Assembly: GCA_973895155.1 (NCBI GenBank)
Contig: OZ316896.1
Location: 2,914,001 to 2,978,000 of the forward strand
Direction of reading: 5' to 3'
Length of the DNA: 64,000 nt
Source: Marsupella aquatica
Taxonomy: Eukaryota > Plantae > Marchantiophyta
The notes under the pieces: model-generated
Database searches by the model: none
What the model was told of the DNA's origin: nothing
The model's input: only the letters and a program-made list of their open reading frames with translations
Shown: positions 13,275 to 24,220 of the stretch, piece after piece
Numbering within the stretch: the first letter of the stretch is position 1
How the letters are laid out: each line of letters begins with the position of its first letter
Program-made: the position numbers and the translations under genes

Positions 13275-14762
13275 TTAATAGTAAGATTATATGCCTACAA
13301 TGCTTGAGATCCATAGTGCATTCTGAGCTCAAAATCCCGGGCAAGTATATTTGGCCAGATCCTCACCATAGTTTTTGCACTCTGTCTATTCCATTTCCTT
13401 GAGTCAGATGCCGGTGACTGAGCAAATGGACCGTGTAGCATAAGTATTGAGGTAAAGGTTCACTTATGTACGCCCTGGTATTTGTGCAGGTGGCCATGTA
13501 TGTCTGTCTGGCAGGCTTTCGAAATTGGAAGCGCTCAGCGGTGGTAGTCAGGGCTTGCGTTATACTTTGCATTTAGTTCGAACTTTAGCGGGAATGTCGA
13601 GGACAGTCGTACCCACTGCCCAATGTTCGTTTTGAATATTCGTTAGAAGATTACTTGCTAACAGTTCCATGTCAGACCTTTATGTCGTATCTTTTGTTGC
13701 CGAGGACTAATGTTTCACAATCCTGCTCATGTTCATTCTCGCCAATTTTGAATCAAATGGGCTTAACGAGCCCAATATCTAGCAAAAGATTCAAATATCA
13801 CCTTTGCATTTCGCTAAGCATGATTCCTTGGCAGAAATGAGTACAAAAGCCACATTGACAACGAAACTTTTCAAAGAACCAGAGATCACGGTCAATTTTA
13901 CTCCGTTCCTCAAGCTGCCTCGAAACCAGTGTGATTTGTCTTGTCACAGACTTTAAGTAAAAGGCCCTAAGGCGTCTACGAACCAAGCTAGGTTGACCAT
14001 CGATCACAGATGATTCAATTCGCCGCAGCAGCAACCTTCTCCTAGTCGTCTCCAAGTCTACTCGAGACAAAACGGTTCTACGAGTCACTCAAACGAAACA
14101 CAAAGGACAATATCCTCTACTCCATGCACAGGAAAAGCGTGGCTGGCACAGTCACCGGCTTCTGACTCAAGGAATAGGATCCGTGGATGACTACAGCAGA
14201 ACCAGCCCACCACGCAAAACAATACCGTAATGCCCTCAATTTGATGTGCGCAAGCTACGGTAACGTGCTAAGAGCCATGAAAGGTCGTTAATGGCCTCCA
14301 TTCAATTCCTCCCACTCCGGCCTTCGTGGCCTACTCTATCGCCAATTCCCGCATATACCGAACGATTTCCGAATTTCCCATCACGCTTTTCGAAAAGTGT
14401 TCCTACATGCCACCCAAAACACTGTATCTCTTGAATGGACGTACACTCCATGCATGAATCATCCCTGAATAGGACAGTGTCCCCATTCAAGAAAAGCCAG
14501 ATGTTGTATATTCTTTCTCAAAGCAAAGAAGTTTCTCGATACAAAGCTACGGTATTGGAAGTATGGTAGCGTTTGCCTGGAACACCTCCACATCTTGGAA
14601 TGCTTGATCGCCCACTTGTTCGTTTAATTGTTTCAAAGAAACTTGATGTTCGACCGACATGCATTTGATTGCCTGCTCTTCTCAATGTGAGACGCTCGAA
14701 GTATCAATGAAGCCTCGTTCTCGTGCGTAACTCGTTTGAATTAGCCACTCCGTGTTCCTGTA

Positions 14763-15308
14763 ATGGCAACGACGCTGGACGTGTTTACACAGTGGGCCAA
14801 GCTGCTGCCCACAGGAACCTTCCTGACTTTCAAAACTTTGTCTTCTATACTTACCAACAATGGGACGTGTGGTGTTTCCGAGCAAGTTATAACAGGCACA
14901 ACCATTTTCCTCTTCTCACTGAGCACCGCCCTCTTGACGTTCACTGACAGCTACGTCGCGGAGGATGGCAGACTATACTATGGGATAGCCACTCAAGCGG
15001 GCCTGTGGAATCCAGTGTTCTACAATAGTGGCTTGGCTGATGTGACGGGAGCAACTTACATCGGTGGAGGGTCGACCTACGTTCTCAAGAGAAGGGACTT
15101 CGTCAACGCATTCCTGGCCGTTCTGGCTTTCGCAACTCTTTCCCTTCTTTCTCAGCAGACAGTTGAGTGCTTCTATGGCGGTGCGCCTGTGGATGTGAGG
15201 AAAGCAGTGCCCATTGTGATTGCAATAATCGTGGGTTTCATATTTGCGTTGTCACCTCCTGCCAGAAATGGAGTCGGATATGCTGTGGCACTTGATGTAC
15301 AAGCTTAG
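14763..15308 (+). CDS. DMP: DUF679 / DMP family membrane protein (181 aa, minimal form)
   Basis: Motifs KLLPTGTFLTF..L..ILTNNGTC, FTDSY...DGRLYYGIAT..GLW, DFVNA, CFY and P.ARNGVGY. Intronless. Confidence 0.93.
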   Translation: MATTLDVFTQWAKLLPTGTFLTFKTLSSILTNNGTCGVSEQVITGTTIFLFSLSTALLTFTDSYVAEDGRLYYGIATQAGLWNPVFYNSGLADVTGATYIGGGSTYVLKRRDFVNAFLAVLAFATLSLLSQQTVECFYGGAPVDVRKAVPIVIAIIVGFIFALSPPARNGVGYAVALDVQA

Positions 15309-16103
15309 ATATGTAGGAAAACTTCTTGATACGTGTTCGTTTCAAAATATATATGTTCCAAGAATATTGATCGAATGATGTAGCTTTACTTCGTGTCCCT
15401 TTCTCGAGCTTGATCTGTTTATATTTGGAAATGGACTCGAGAATCCAAGTTTTTCACCTGCACTCATCAAGCGGAGCATCTGGCGCGACAACAATTTTCT
15501 CCAAAGACCCATCAAAATTGCATGTAATTAATGAATGGTCAGTTAAAGTTTTCTGTTGCAATTAATGTGGAATAGAAATTTCTGGTAGCGTGTGGCTTAA
15601 AAAGATATGACGATGTTGTAGAGCTCTTGCTCTTGCTCCAATGGAGTCACGGCAGACAAAAACGATATCCGAGAGTTCCCTCTTTTAAAGTGTGGACTTT
15701 ATGATATACTTTCAGGAAAATTCCAGTAAATTTCTACATTTCTACATTTCGCAGAGAACTGAGGACCGAATGTCAGGATCTCTTAGATGTCGCCACTAAT
15801 GACAGTTGTTTCGATCCTTCGCATTAGCTCTTCTATTGTCTGTTGCTTATTCAACTTGAAACAAATCGCATTTGATCTTCGCGTTTGATATGCATTATGA
15901 TTGCCTTGACTCACAACATTCAAAGTTTGCGATAGCGTACTTTCGGTTGAATAGGCGCTGAAACTATTAATGGTTCATCGAGCCTAGTCTCTACGCACTT
16001 AGGAAGTGCCATGTTGAAATAATTGAAGTCCACCATCAAAGAGCTCAAAACTTCAAAACTATCCATTTAATTCGTGCCTGTAACGAAGGATCATTTTGAG
16101 TTA

Positions 16104-16211
16104 CTGTACTAGAATGCAAAGAGGTAACCATTGGGCAACAATCACATCCTCGCCTGTCTGCACTAGAATGCAAAGAGGTAAACATTGGGCAACAACCACA
16201 TCCTCGCCTGT
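16104..16211. repeat. Tandem duplication, 54-bp unit x2
   Basis: ctg.actagaatgcaaagaggtaa.cattgggcaacaa.cacatcctcgcctgt occurs twice. Confidence 0.9.
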
Positions 16212-19203
16212 CTGCAGAGAAATATGGCAAATTATACCTTGGGTCAAACTTCGTACATATGGTTATATCACCCATCTAGTTCATGATGTTACTTAGGGAA
16301 ATGAGTCTGTCTATCCGTCCATGTGTGCAGGGAGAAGCAGCCGGGAGAAGTGAAATGTCCCTTGCAAGAACCTAGGTGAGGGGGAATTGTCCAGGTGACC
16401 CGAGATGGACAGGTGACATGGAAAACAGCCAGGCGACAGCAATGAAAATGTCCAAAACAAAAGGATATGCATTTTCTATTATAAATAGCAAACTAGGGTC
16501 CAGTTTCACCTTGCCTTTCCGGGACTAGCATATAGTTATATCACAGATCCAGTAGACAATCTACGCTTGACTGCAGAGCCCAAATTTTCAACCTCAGAGA
16601 AAATGTTATGAGCTGTTGCTCTACTAGGCAATTACGATTCTGAAGCGATTGAAGCTGATGGATAAACATGTCTTTGAGGACACTTTCCTACAAAATTAAC
16701 GGTTGTCTCAGCTTTATCCCAATAGAGTTATACGATTAAAGAACGGGGAGAAGTGCAGGGTGATCGGTGCTGTTCAGCCTGAAAAACGAGTAACCATAAA
16801 TTTTGGCACAAATGGAGTCATCAAACTCTGGTTGAGGAAGTGGGGCAGTGCTATGATCTTGAAGTTGTCCTTGTTCTGATTGTCTCATTCGACTACAGCA
16901 GAACTGCCAGTGACTTGTAGCGAAGCAAGCCCTTCTGGCACTTTCAGCCCCAATTCGAATCTTGAGTAATTCAACTGGGAGGAGACTCTCAACTCACCTT
17001 GGATCCGTGCCTAAATAAGAGTCTACTCACCCGAATTGGCCACGTTCCATAGAACTCTAATAAATCTCAAATGTTCCTATGAATGGATGGGGCCCAGGGT
17101 TTCCTTTTGTATCTTTGGTTAGGTGGCACTTATGATGCGCTGAGAAGCCTCCAAGTAGGAAAACGTTTGTGCAAATAGATGTATGTCGGTCAGATCTGGA
17201 CCATCGAGTTTGGCAAATAATCACTAAGAATCTTTAGAAATCTGTTTGATTTGCAAGCCACTTCACTTCGTAGCAAATGTGCTAATTTTTACACACAAAG
17301 GAAATACTCGATGGGCCCTCTCCAGAGAGAGGCAAATGGAGTTAGTGACTCAGGTTGGTCCGAGTTCTCAGCGTAAGCAGATTGTTGCAAACGTGATTGA
17401 GCGAGGTCTTTCCTTCACAGAGCCATTTGCTGTGAAGACAACTTTCTACAAGGTACATGAATGCAATTCTCTAGCGTAGCGGCGAACGATATTTCCCTTC
17501 ACCTCTGCAGTACTCTATTTATTTCTTCAATCTACTCTTTCAATGGATTCGAATGAACATTTCGGTGCAATGTACCCGATGTTTTCTCTACCTTACTAAG
17601 AGTCTTCTTGAGAATTTTGAACCCTTGCACAGGAAGTCTTATCCAAGAATGTCATATCTAAACATGATGATGACCGCTAAAGAAATGATCGGTTGAGAGG
17701 ACAAACAGAACCAGAAACCCACTGAGCTTTTCTCCAGTTCAAAACTTAGAAGTGGGAATGTGCCTAAAACTACTGTACCCTCTTCTATTTCAACACCGAT
17801 CGACGAATTGAGACGAAGATAGCCTTAGTGAGCCGTAAAACTGATGGCCTTTTCTGCCTTTCTATGCTTGTTGAAACTTGAACAGAATTCCTGTTGCCGT
17901 CAGCGTGCAAACTATTTTCACATTTCGAGCAGTCTGAGCAAGTTAGCTGCCATCCAATTATTCGGCAGAAAAGCATTGTCAAGTACTAAGGAAACCTTCA
18001 AATGAAACATCAACCTTCCAAGTTATAGCACGTTTAAGTTTTTGAGTGACATCGCCATTGTAATCCACACTCATTGCCGTTACTCGAGAATCAGAGAGAC
18101 TTTTCCTGAATCCAGATTATGAACGCGCACAACTTCAATGACAGGTGAGGTTCAATAATCACAATCGGGTCCAAAATTGAACTAGTCCCAGTACGATCAA
18201 ATCCGGAATGCTTCGATCGACACAGATCGTTTTCTTGTTCTCAATATGTTTCCTGTCCATCGTATACGACTCTCCGACACATCCAGCTCATCCTATCAGA
18301 TCAATTAAATTTGAAAGCCCTACCAGAGTACACTATTCTGCCTATTGTACACTGCCCGGAGTACCATATAACGCAGCCAAACTTTCCCCAGAATGTCAAT
18401 GGAGAAGACGATGGAGAGAGGCTTTGGCAAATTGAAGCCATAGGTGACGCGATCGACCAACGACTGCTTTTTTCCGGGTTCCAAAGTTGCGACGATAGAA
18501 AGTGTTGAAACCTCGATATGGTCCGTCTACACATCAGCTACAGTAAAGCGAATCTGAGGCCTGTCATCAGGTTGCCTGACGCAATTGCGCCTCTTCTAGC
18601 TTCATCACTATTTATCACTATTCCCGTACCCATTCTTTGAGAGTTGTATCCCCACGAAGCACTTGCGTCGCCCAACCAAACAGATGCTGATGGAATTACA
18701 GGGATCGGCCTTCCAATAAAAATATCCTCTGTTGAGTCATTACCTTCGAAATGACTCCTCCAGCGCAACCTTCTACCCGGTCAACCACACCTCAAGCAAC
18801 TTCACTTTCCTCAGCTAGAAAATACTCCGTGCAGGCCAGTCGTCACATCGAAGCACGCCGGAACCGACAACAGGCGGTCTGTCAGCTTTTCCTTTAGAAA
18901 CCGCGCAGGCTTTCTATGTACATCCGTTCATGACGATTACCGCTGCTCCAACAGTCACACTTCCTAGTCCCGCTTGCCATCATAGCCATCCCTCCCGCAC
19001 TCATTGTTACAGAGCGCAAGGAATTGTTCGGCAAAAAAATTCCCTAGCCACGACTTTAAGTTATAAAGCACACGCCTATGAAGACGGAAACCCTGACAGT
19101 CTTTGAGGTCGAATACTTGCAGTCTGCGTTCCCTATCTGAAAAACGTTCCAGCTTGTCGCCTCGTTTAGTTAAAGCCCCTAGGTCCAATTCGGTGACGGT
19201 CAA

Positions 19204-19674
19204 TCATGCATATCTGCCGTCATACCGCCTCCGAAGGTGTTCGAGGTACTTCTCCTCCGCCTTGGTAAGCTTGAAGCCGAGGTTTGTCTCTGTTGGGAGG
19301 ACCTCTACCTTTGAACCGAACCCGGAGCCGAGAGTGAGAGATCTATCGAGCTTCTTCGCAACTGGAACCACACTGATGGTGCTTGCATTTTCTGCAGTTT
19401 TCAGCATCATAGCCTCATATGCCTCCTTGACCTTCTCCAACAGCGAAGGCGTTCGAGGCACTTCTTCGGTGTGATCGAGGGCCTCAATATCGAACTGTCT
19501 GGCCGTCTTGCCCAAATTGACGTTGTTTGGCACCTGAATGCCCAAGCTGGACGGGACCTCAGCGTCTGGTCGCAACCGGTCGTATTGCGTTCGCCTCACA
19601 GCAAGGCTCAGCTTCTTCTGCAATCGACCCGGGGCAGAATCCTCTGGAATGATCGCATTTAATACTTGCTCCAT
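19204..19674 (-). CDS. Hypothetical protein (156 aa), possibly the first exon of a longer gene
   Basis: ATG in a good context (aaacATGG) and protein-like composition. TATA-like TATATA ~580 bp upstream on the minus strand. Possible donor GCG|GTATGA near the 3' end. No family recognised. Confidence 0.4.
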   Translation of the reverse strand: MEQVLNAIIPEDSAPGRLQKKLSLAVRRTQYDRLRPDAEVPSSLGIQVPNNVNLGKTARQFDIEALDHTEEVPRTPSLLEKVKEAYEAMMLKTAENASTISVVPVAKKLDRSLTLGSGFGSKVEVLPTETNLGFKLTKAEEKYLEHLRRRYDGRYA

Positions 19675-20547
19675 GTTTTCTCTCTGATTGAGCCTTGAAT
19701 TGAGACCAACTCAAGGCTAAGCTGTACTAAGAACCACAAACGATGCTCCAGAAAATTCCTACCAGCTATCACTAAACTTTGCTTTCTTCATCAGAAACCC
19801 AAAGATTGCACAATCTCCCAGACCAGGAAGATAGGGTCACAAAGTCCAATCAAGGATCCCTCTGTAACGGTGTAAGAACTGACGATAAAATCCTTGCATC
19901 CCGCCCACACAAGTCCAATCTCGACACCAATCGCAACCTAGCGTCAGAACCAAACCCGGGAAACGATCAGGCAAGATTGCAAGTTGCAACCAAAGACTGC
20001 TCGAGCAAAATCGCCAAAGACTGTTCGAGCAAAATCGAAGTGAAGTTGTCGAAACGAAGTTATAGAAATTCTGCTCGCTGCCACGATAACTGTTCGACCA
20101 TGGTCCGTTCTATACTCTTTGCTGTGACGGCGACGAAGGAGCACGGGACAAGACTTGGGGGTGATGGAATCCACGCCTTTTTCGCTCGCAAGACCGGTGC
20201 ACAGCGGACGGCTCCAGACTTCTCCAAGGAGCCCCATCATCATTATTAAATAATATATAGGAAGAAGGCATCGGCGTCCAAACCAGATTTTACTGCAGCA
20301 ACGAACGAACCATGTGCATCAGAATCAACGGAGAAGGCGGCGGCTGCACAAAAGGAAAGGAAGAGACGAGAAGTCAATTGTCCGTAATAGTAATAATGGA
20401 TCTGTTAGACGGGAGAGCCGAAAGGACTTGGGTGGGTGATTGGTGACCTTGGGCAAACTGGTCGCCAAGGGCCCAGTTGGGCGCCAGTGAGAAGGGACCA
20501 GTTGGGCGCCAGTGGGACATTACAAGGTGGGCGCCAGTGGGACATGA

Positions 20548-22510
20548 GAATCCATACACCTATCTTTAGAAGATTAGTATCAATAGTGCGTCTCAAAGCT
20601 TAACCATAACTTAATAAAATTAGTATCAATTGGGCGTTTCAAAACTTAGCCTTAACAAGATAAGACCCTCCCATAACTGAATCCATACAATTATGTTTAG
20701 GAGATTTGGGCGTCTCAAAACTTAGCCTTAACAAGATAAGACCCTCCCATAATTGAATCCATACAACTATGTTTAGGAGATTTGTATCAACAGGGCGTCT
20801 CAAAGTTTAGTCTTAACAAGATAAGGCCCTCCCATAACTCAAATATTATATGAACTCCCCTAAAAATTATGAGAGCCTATCTTTGGTTATTTTAATTAAG
20901 ATAATCCTGCAAGCTCAACACTTAACTTGTAACTTTCCCACAACTTTAGACAAAAATTTGGAAAATCCGGAAATCCAGGACTCCGGAACTGTGGAAAGCC
21001 GCAATTGAAGACACATGAGATTTTCTCCTGACATGGTGATCGCTGTTGCATTTGAGGAGACGGCTGATCAAGAATTGAGAAAAAAATAATATATGCTATG
21101 AGAAAAGTGAGACCTCAAGCTGACTTGATGGACCTTAAACCACCACTCTCCACCAGGTTAGGGGAGGACAAAATAGAGAACTTTATTTTACTGTTTAGAG
21201 TCCATTTTGGGTTTATTTTAGTAAACTGGATCCACCAGGTTTTGCTTTGGGGACAATGTCTCTTTAAGTCCCTATATAAGGGTTATGGACACAAAAAGAA
21301 GTTAGGCACTATCAAATTCATAGTCAACCACCTTGGTTTGATGGACCCTAAATCCCTAGTTAGTGGTTATGGACACAAAGAGTTAGGCACTATGAAATTC
21401 ATAGTCAACCAACTTGCTTTGATGGACCTTAAATCACTAGTTAGTGGTTATGGACACAACAAGTTAGGCACTATGAAATTCATAGTCCATAACTTTTGCC
21501 TATGGTCTTATGCTACCATAGAGGCAGGTGACAGAAAAAACAAAAAGAAACTTTTACATAAACTTGTGAAGAAGTTATGACCATTTTTTTATGGTCAAAT
21601 GTCATCATCCATAATTTTGAAGCTTAGAGACACCCTAATAGATGATAGGACATTAGGATTCATAGATGGCGGTTTAGAATATACCAGGAGTTTAACAACA
21701 AATCCCTCTAGCAGCACTCATAGCAATAGGACCTTTGACAAAGACTTTAGTAATAGCCCATCTGGAGTAGTAGCCCATCTGGTCGGTTGAACCCTATAGA
21801 AGCTTATTAGACGAAGACTTTAGTAATAGCCCATCTGGTCTGTTGGACCCTATCCCAAAGTTTGACGACAACACACTGTGGTGGGTCCATTGTTGATTTT
21901 GGCAGAATAGTTCCTTTTTGGTGTTGTATATGGTTAAGGACGGGACCTGTCCTCAATGGGATACATAATTATAGTCAACCTGTGTATAAGGGGAGACCAT
22001 ATCCCCGAGACTTTATATCCCACTAAGAGAATTGTTTATTTTGGCAGAATAGTTCCTTTTTGGTTTTGTATATGGTTAAGGACGGGACCTGTCCTCAATG
22101 AGATACATAATTATAGTCAACCTGTGCATACGGGGAGACCGGGGAGACCATATGCAGGAGACTCTATATCCCACTAAGAGAATTGTTTATTTTGGCAGAA
22201 TAGTTCCTTTTTGGTTTTGTACATGGTTAAGGACGGGACCTGTACCTCAATCCCTGTTGGTAATCACACATCAAACTGCGGCTGCATTCATTGATTGAAA
22301 GAAAAAAACTAGGATTATCACGGTATGCAGGGGTTGCGGCTACATTCATTGATTGAAAGAAAAAAACTAGGATTATCACGGTATGCAGGGGTGCCGTACA
22401 TAATATATGTCATATTTTGATGTGCCCTACCTCAATGGGATACATATCGTCAACCTCACAACCTGTGTATGCGGGGAGACCACATGTGGGAGACTTTATG
22501 TCCCACTAAG
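20548..22510. repeat. Composite block of four tandem-repeat families, probably the interior of a decayed DNA transposon
   Basis: ~75-85-bp unit (20548-20840), ~82-bp unit (ggttatggacacaa at 21282/21365/21446), ~145-bp unit (ttttggcagaatagttcc at ~21897/22039/22191) and 58-bp unit (22278/22336). Preceded by ggcgccagt repeats at 20480-20545. Confidence 0.8.
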
Positions 22511-23109
22511 GGACAGGATCCCCTACTTAGCAAACCCTTAAGAGAGTGTTAAGTGACCAACATTTTACCATTTTCAAGTACAATGTGCGGTGCTGAAGTA
22601 CATTAGCTGAGGAGTGGGGACCCAAGCATCCCAAAGCTCTGAGAATGGAGAGCATCACGGCGCTTTAGAAGAGGCATTGTATGGAGACTATATAAACCTA
22701 CAATAATTTCTTAATGAGAAATAATCGTGCCAAAAAGCCATTTGTGGCAGCCTTTGAATGGCAAGAAAGGTCTAATTTAAAGCAACCACTCGACCTGAAC
22801 GTGAGGTTGGCCGTCCCTTCCCCTCGGGTGCCCTTGGTTTCCTGTATTTTATTTTTGGCATGGTGGTCCTGCCCCGTACTTGCTATAAAGCTTATTAAAA
22901 TAAAAGACTACCATACTGCCATTATGGTTCACGCTAAAAATAAAGGCAACTAATGAGAGGGAGCGGGACTTTGGGCGCGAGTGGGCACGGCTGACTGTTG
23001 AGGTCATGGGGCTCTACAAAAACTTTGGGGCACATATCACAAATAGTCACTCTGTAGGATAACCCTGGGGGCCAGGTCTTTTGCCATTGTGGGGATTTTT
23101 GGGTTCATG

Positions 23110-24220
23110 CTGGGCGTATGCACGCTTTCACCCTTTCCAGCATCCTCACCGAGGCACCTGACACGGACCGAGCTCGGATTCTTTCTTCCGGAGGGAAGGG
23201 CGCAGGAGGTTGGCTTCAGGCCAATCCAGTCATTCCTCACCTACGGATGTCTTCAGCGGAGTTTGCGACAGCCATGCGTCTTCGTATGGGCTTGCCCCAC
23301 CCACTTCTTGCTGGTTTACCTCCTACTTGCACTTGTGGGAAGCCTTGTGATGCCACAGGTGTCCATCTTCTTCGATGCAGTTTGGGCGGCGAAACCATTT
23401 TTGTTCACGACATTGTGAGAGATGTGACTGCTCAGGTTCTCTCTGGCTCTTTGGTCTGCGCGCGGCGGGAGGTGGTGCTCGAGTTACCTGGTCCTCCATC
23501 ACAGCGGTTACGGGTGGATCTTACCATGGTCCGTGACGGTCACTGTACTTTGGCAGATGTAGTGGTGGCAAACCCATTGCGCCAAGACATCATTGGGACA
23601 GCGGCAACAACGGCAGGGCAGCAGCATCACGAGCAGCAACAACGAAGGAGGCCAAATATGCTGCACGAGCTTCATCTGATAGCTTCCTGCCCCTTGCTCT
23701 TGAGATATTTGGGCGTCTCCATCATCAGTTCGACGGGCTTCTTCGCCAAGCTGCTCGGGATGTTCACGGCCGGATGGGTCCCACCGGGCCCCCGCTATTT
23801 GTTTTGACCACGCACTTTCGCCAACGCATTTCAGTCACCTTACAGCGTGCTCAAGCTCGGGCCGTCTATCGTCGATCTCTGACAGTGGGTGTTAGTGTGA
23901 CTCCGCAGCGGCTAGCCCCCCTAGAGGACATTCCTGTCCCACTTGTCGATCTAGTTTCGACACTTGATGTAGACCACTAGCTTGTTGCCACATTTGCTAG
24001 GTATGATGAGGACCTCGGTCCATTTGCGGTAGTTTTAGTTCCTCTTTCTTGGTTTTTAGGGGTTTCCTTTTGCTCACTTCTTTTAGTTCCTCTTTCTTGG
24101 TTTTTAGGGTTTCCTTTTGCTCACTTCTTTTGCGTTTGGTTTTGTCCACTTGGGACCTCTCTTGTTTATTCTTTTGTACTCTATTTGGCCTTTTTCTGTA
24201 TAAAGTATGTGTATATTCAT
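23110..24220 (+). mobile_element. 5'-truncated non-LTR retrotransposon with restriction-like endonuclease (CRE-clade-like)
   Basis: Encodes a C-terminal fragment AGGWL..P....L......F..A.RLR.GL, zinc finger CTC..D..G.H...C, (V)HD, RVDL, ADVVVA, K..KY, F.PLA.E.FG, R.S..LQR. T-rich 3' UTR with a ~48-bp tandem duplication at 24033-24130. Element boundaries are approximate. Confidence 0.8.
23118..23980 (+). pseudogene. RLE endonuclease region of the non-LTR ORF, frameshifted
   Basis: Adding one G in the GGG run at ~23616-23618 joins ORF 23118-23807 to ORF 23774-23980 and restores AAASRAATTKEAKYAA...FLPLALEIFGRLH. Confidence 0.8.

Noticed and set aside
21098-21580. 160-aa ORF with internal repeats
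   Set aside because: Lies in an ~82-bp tandem array with no protein family signal.
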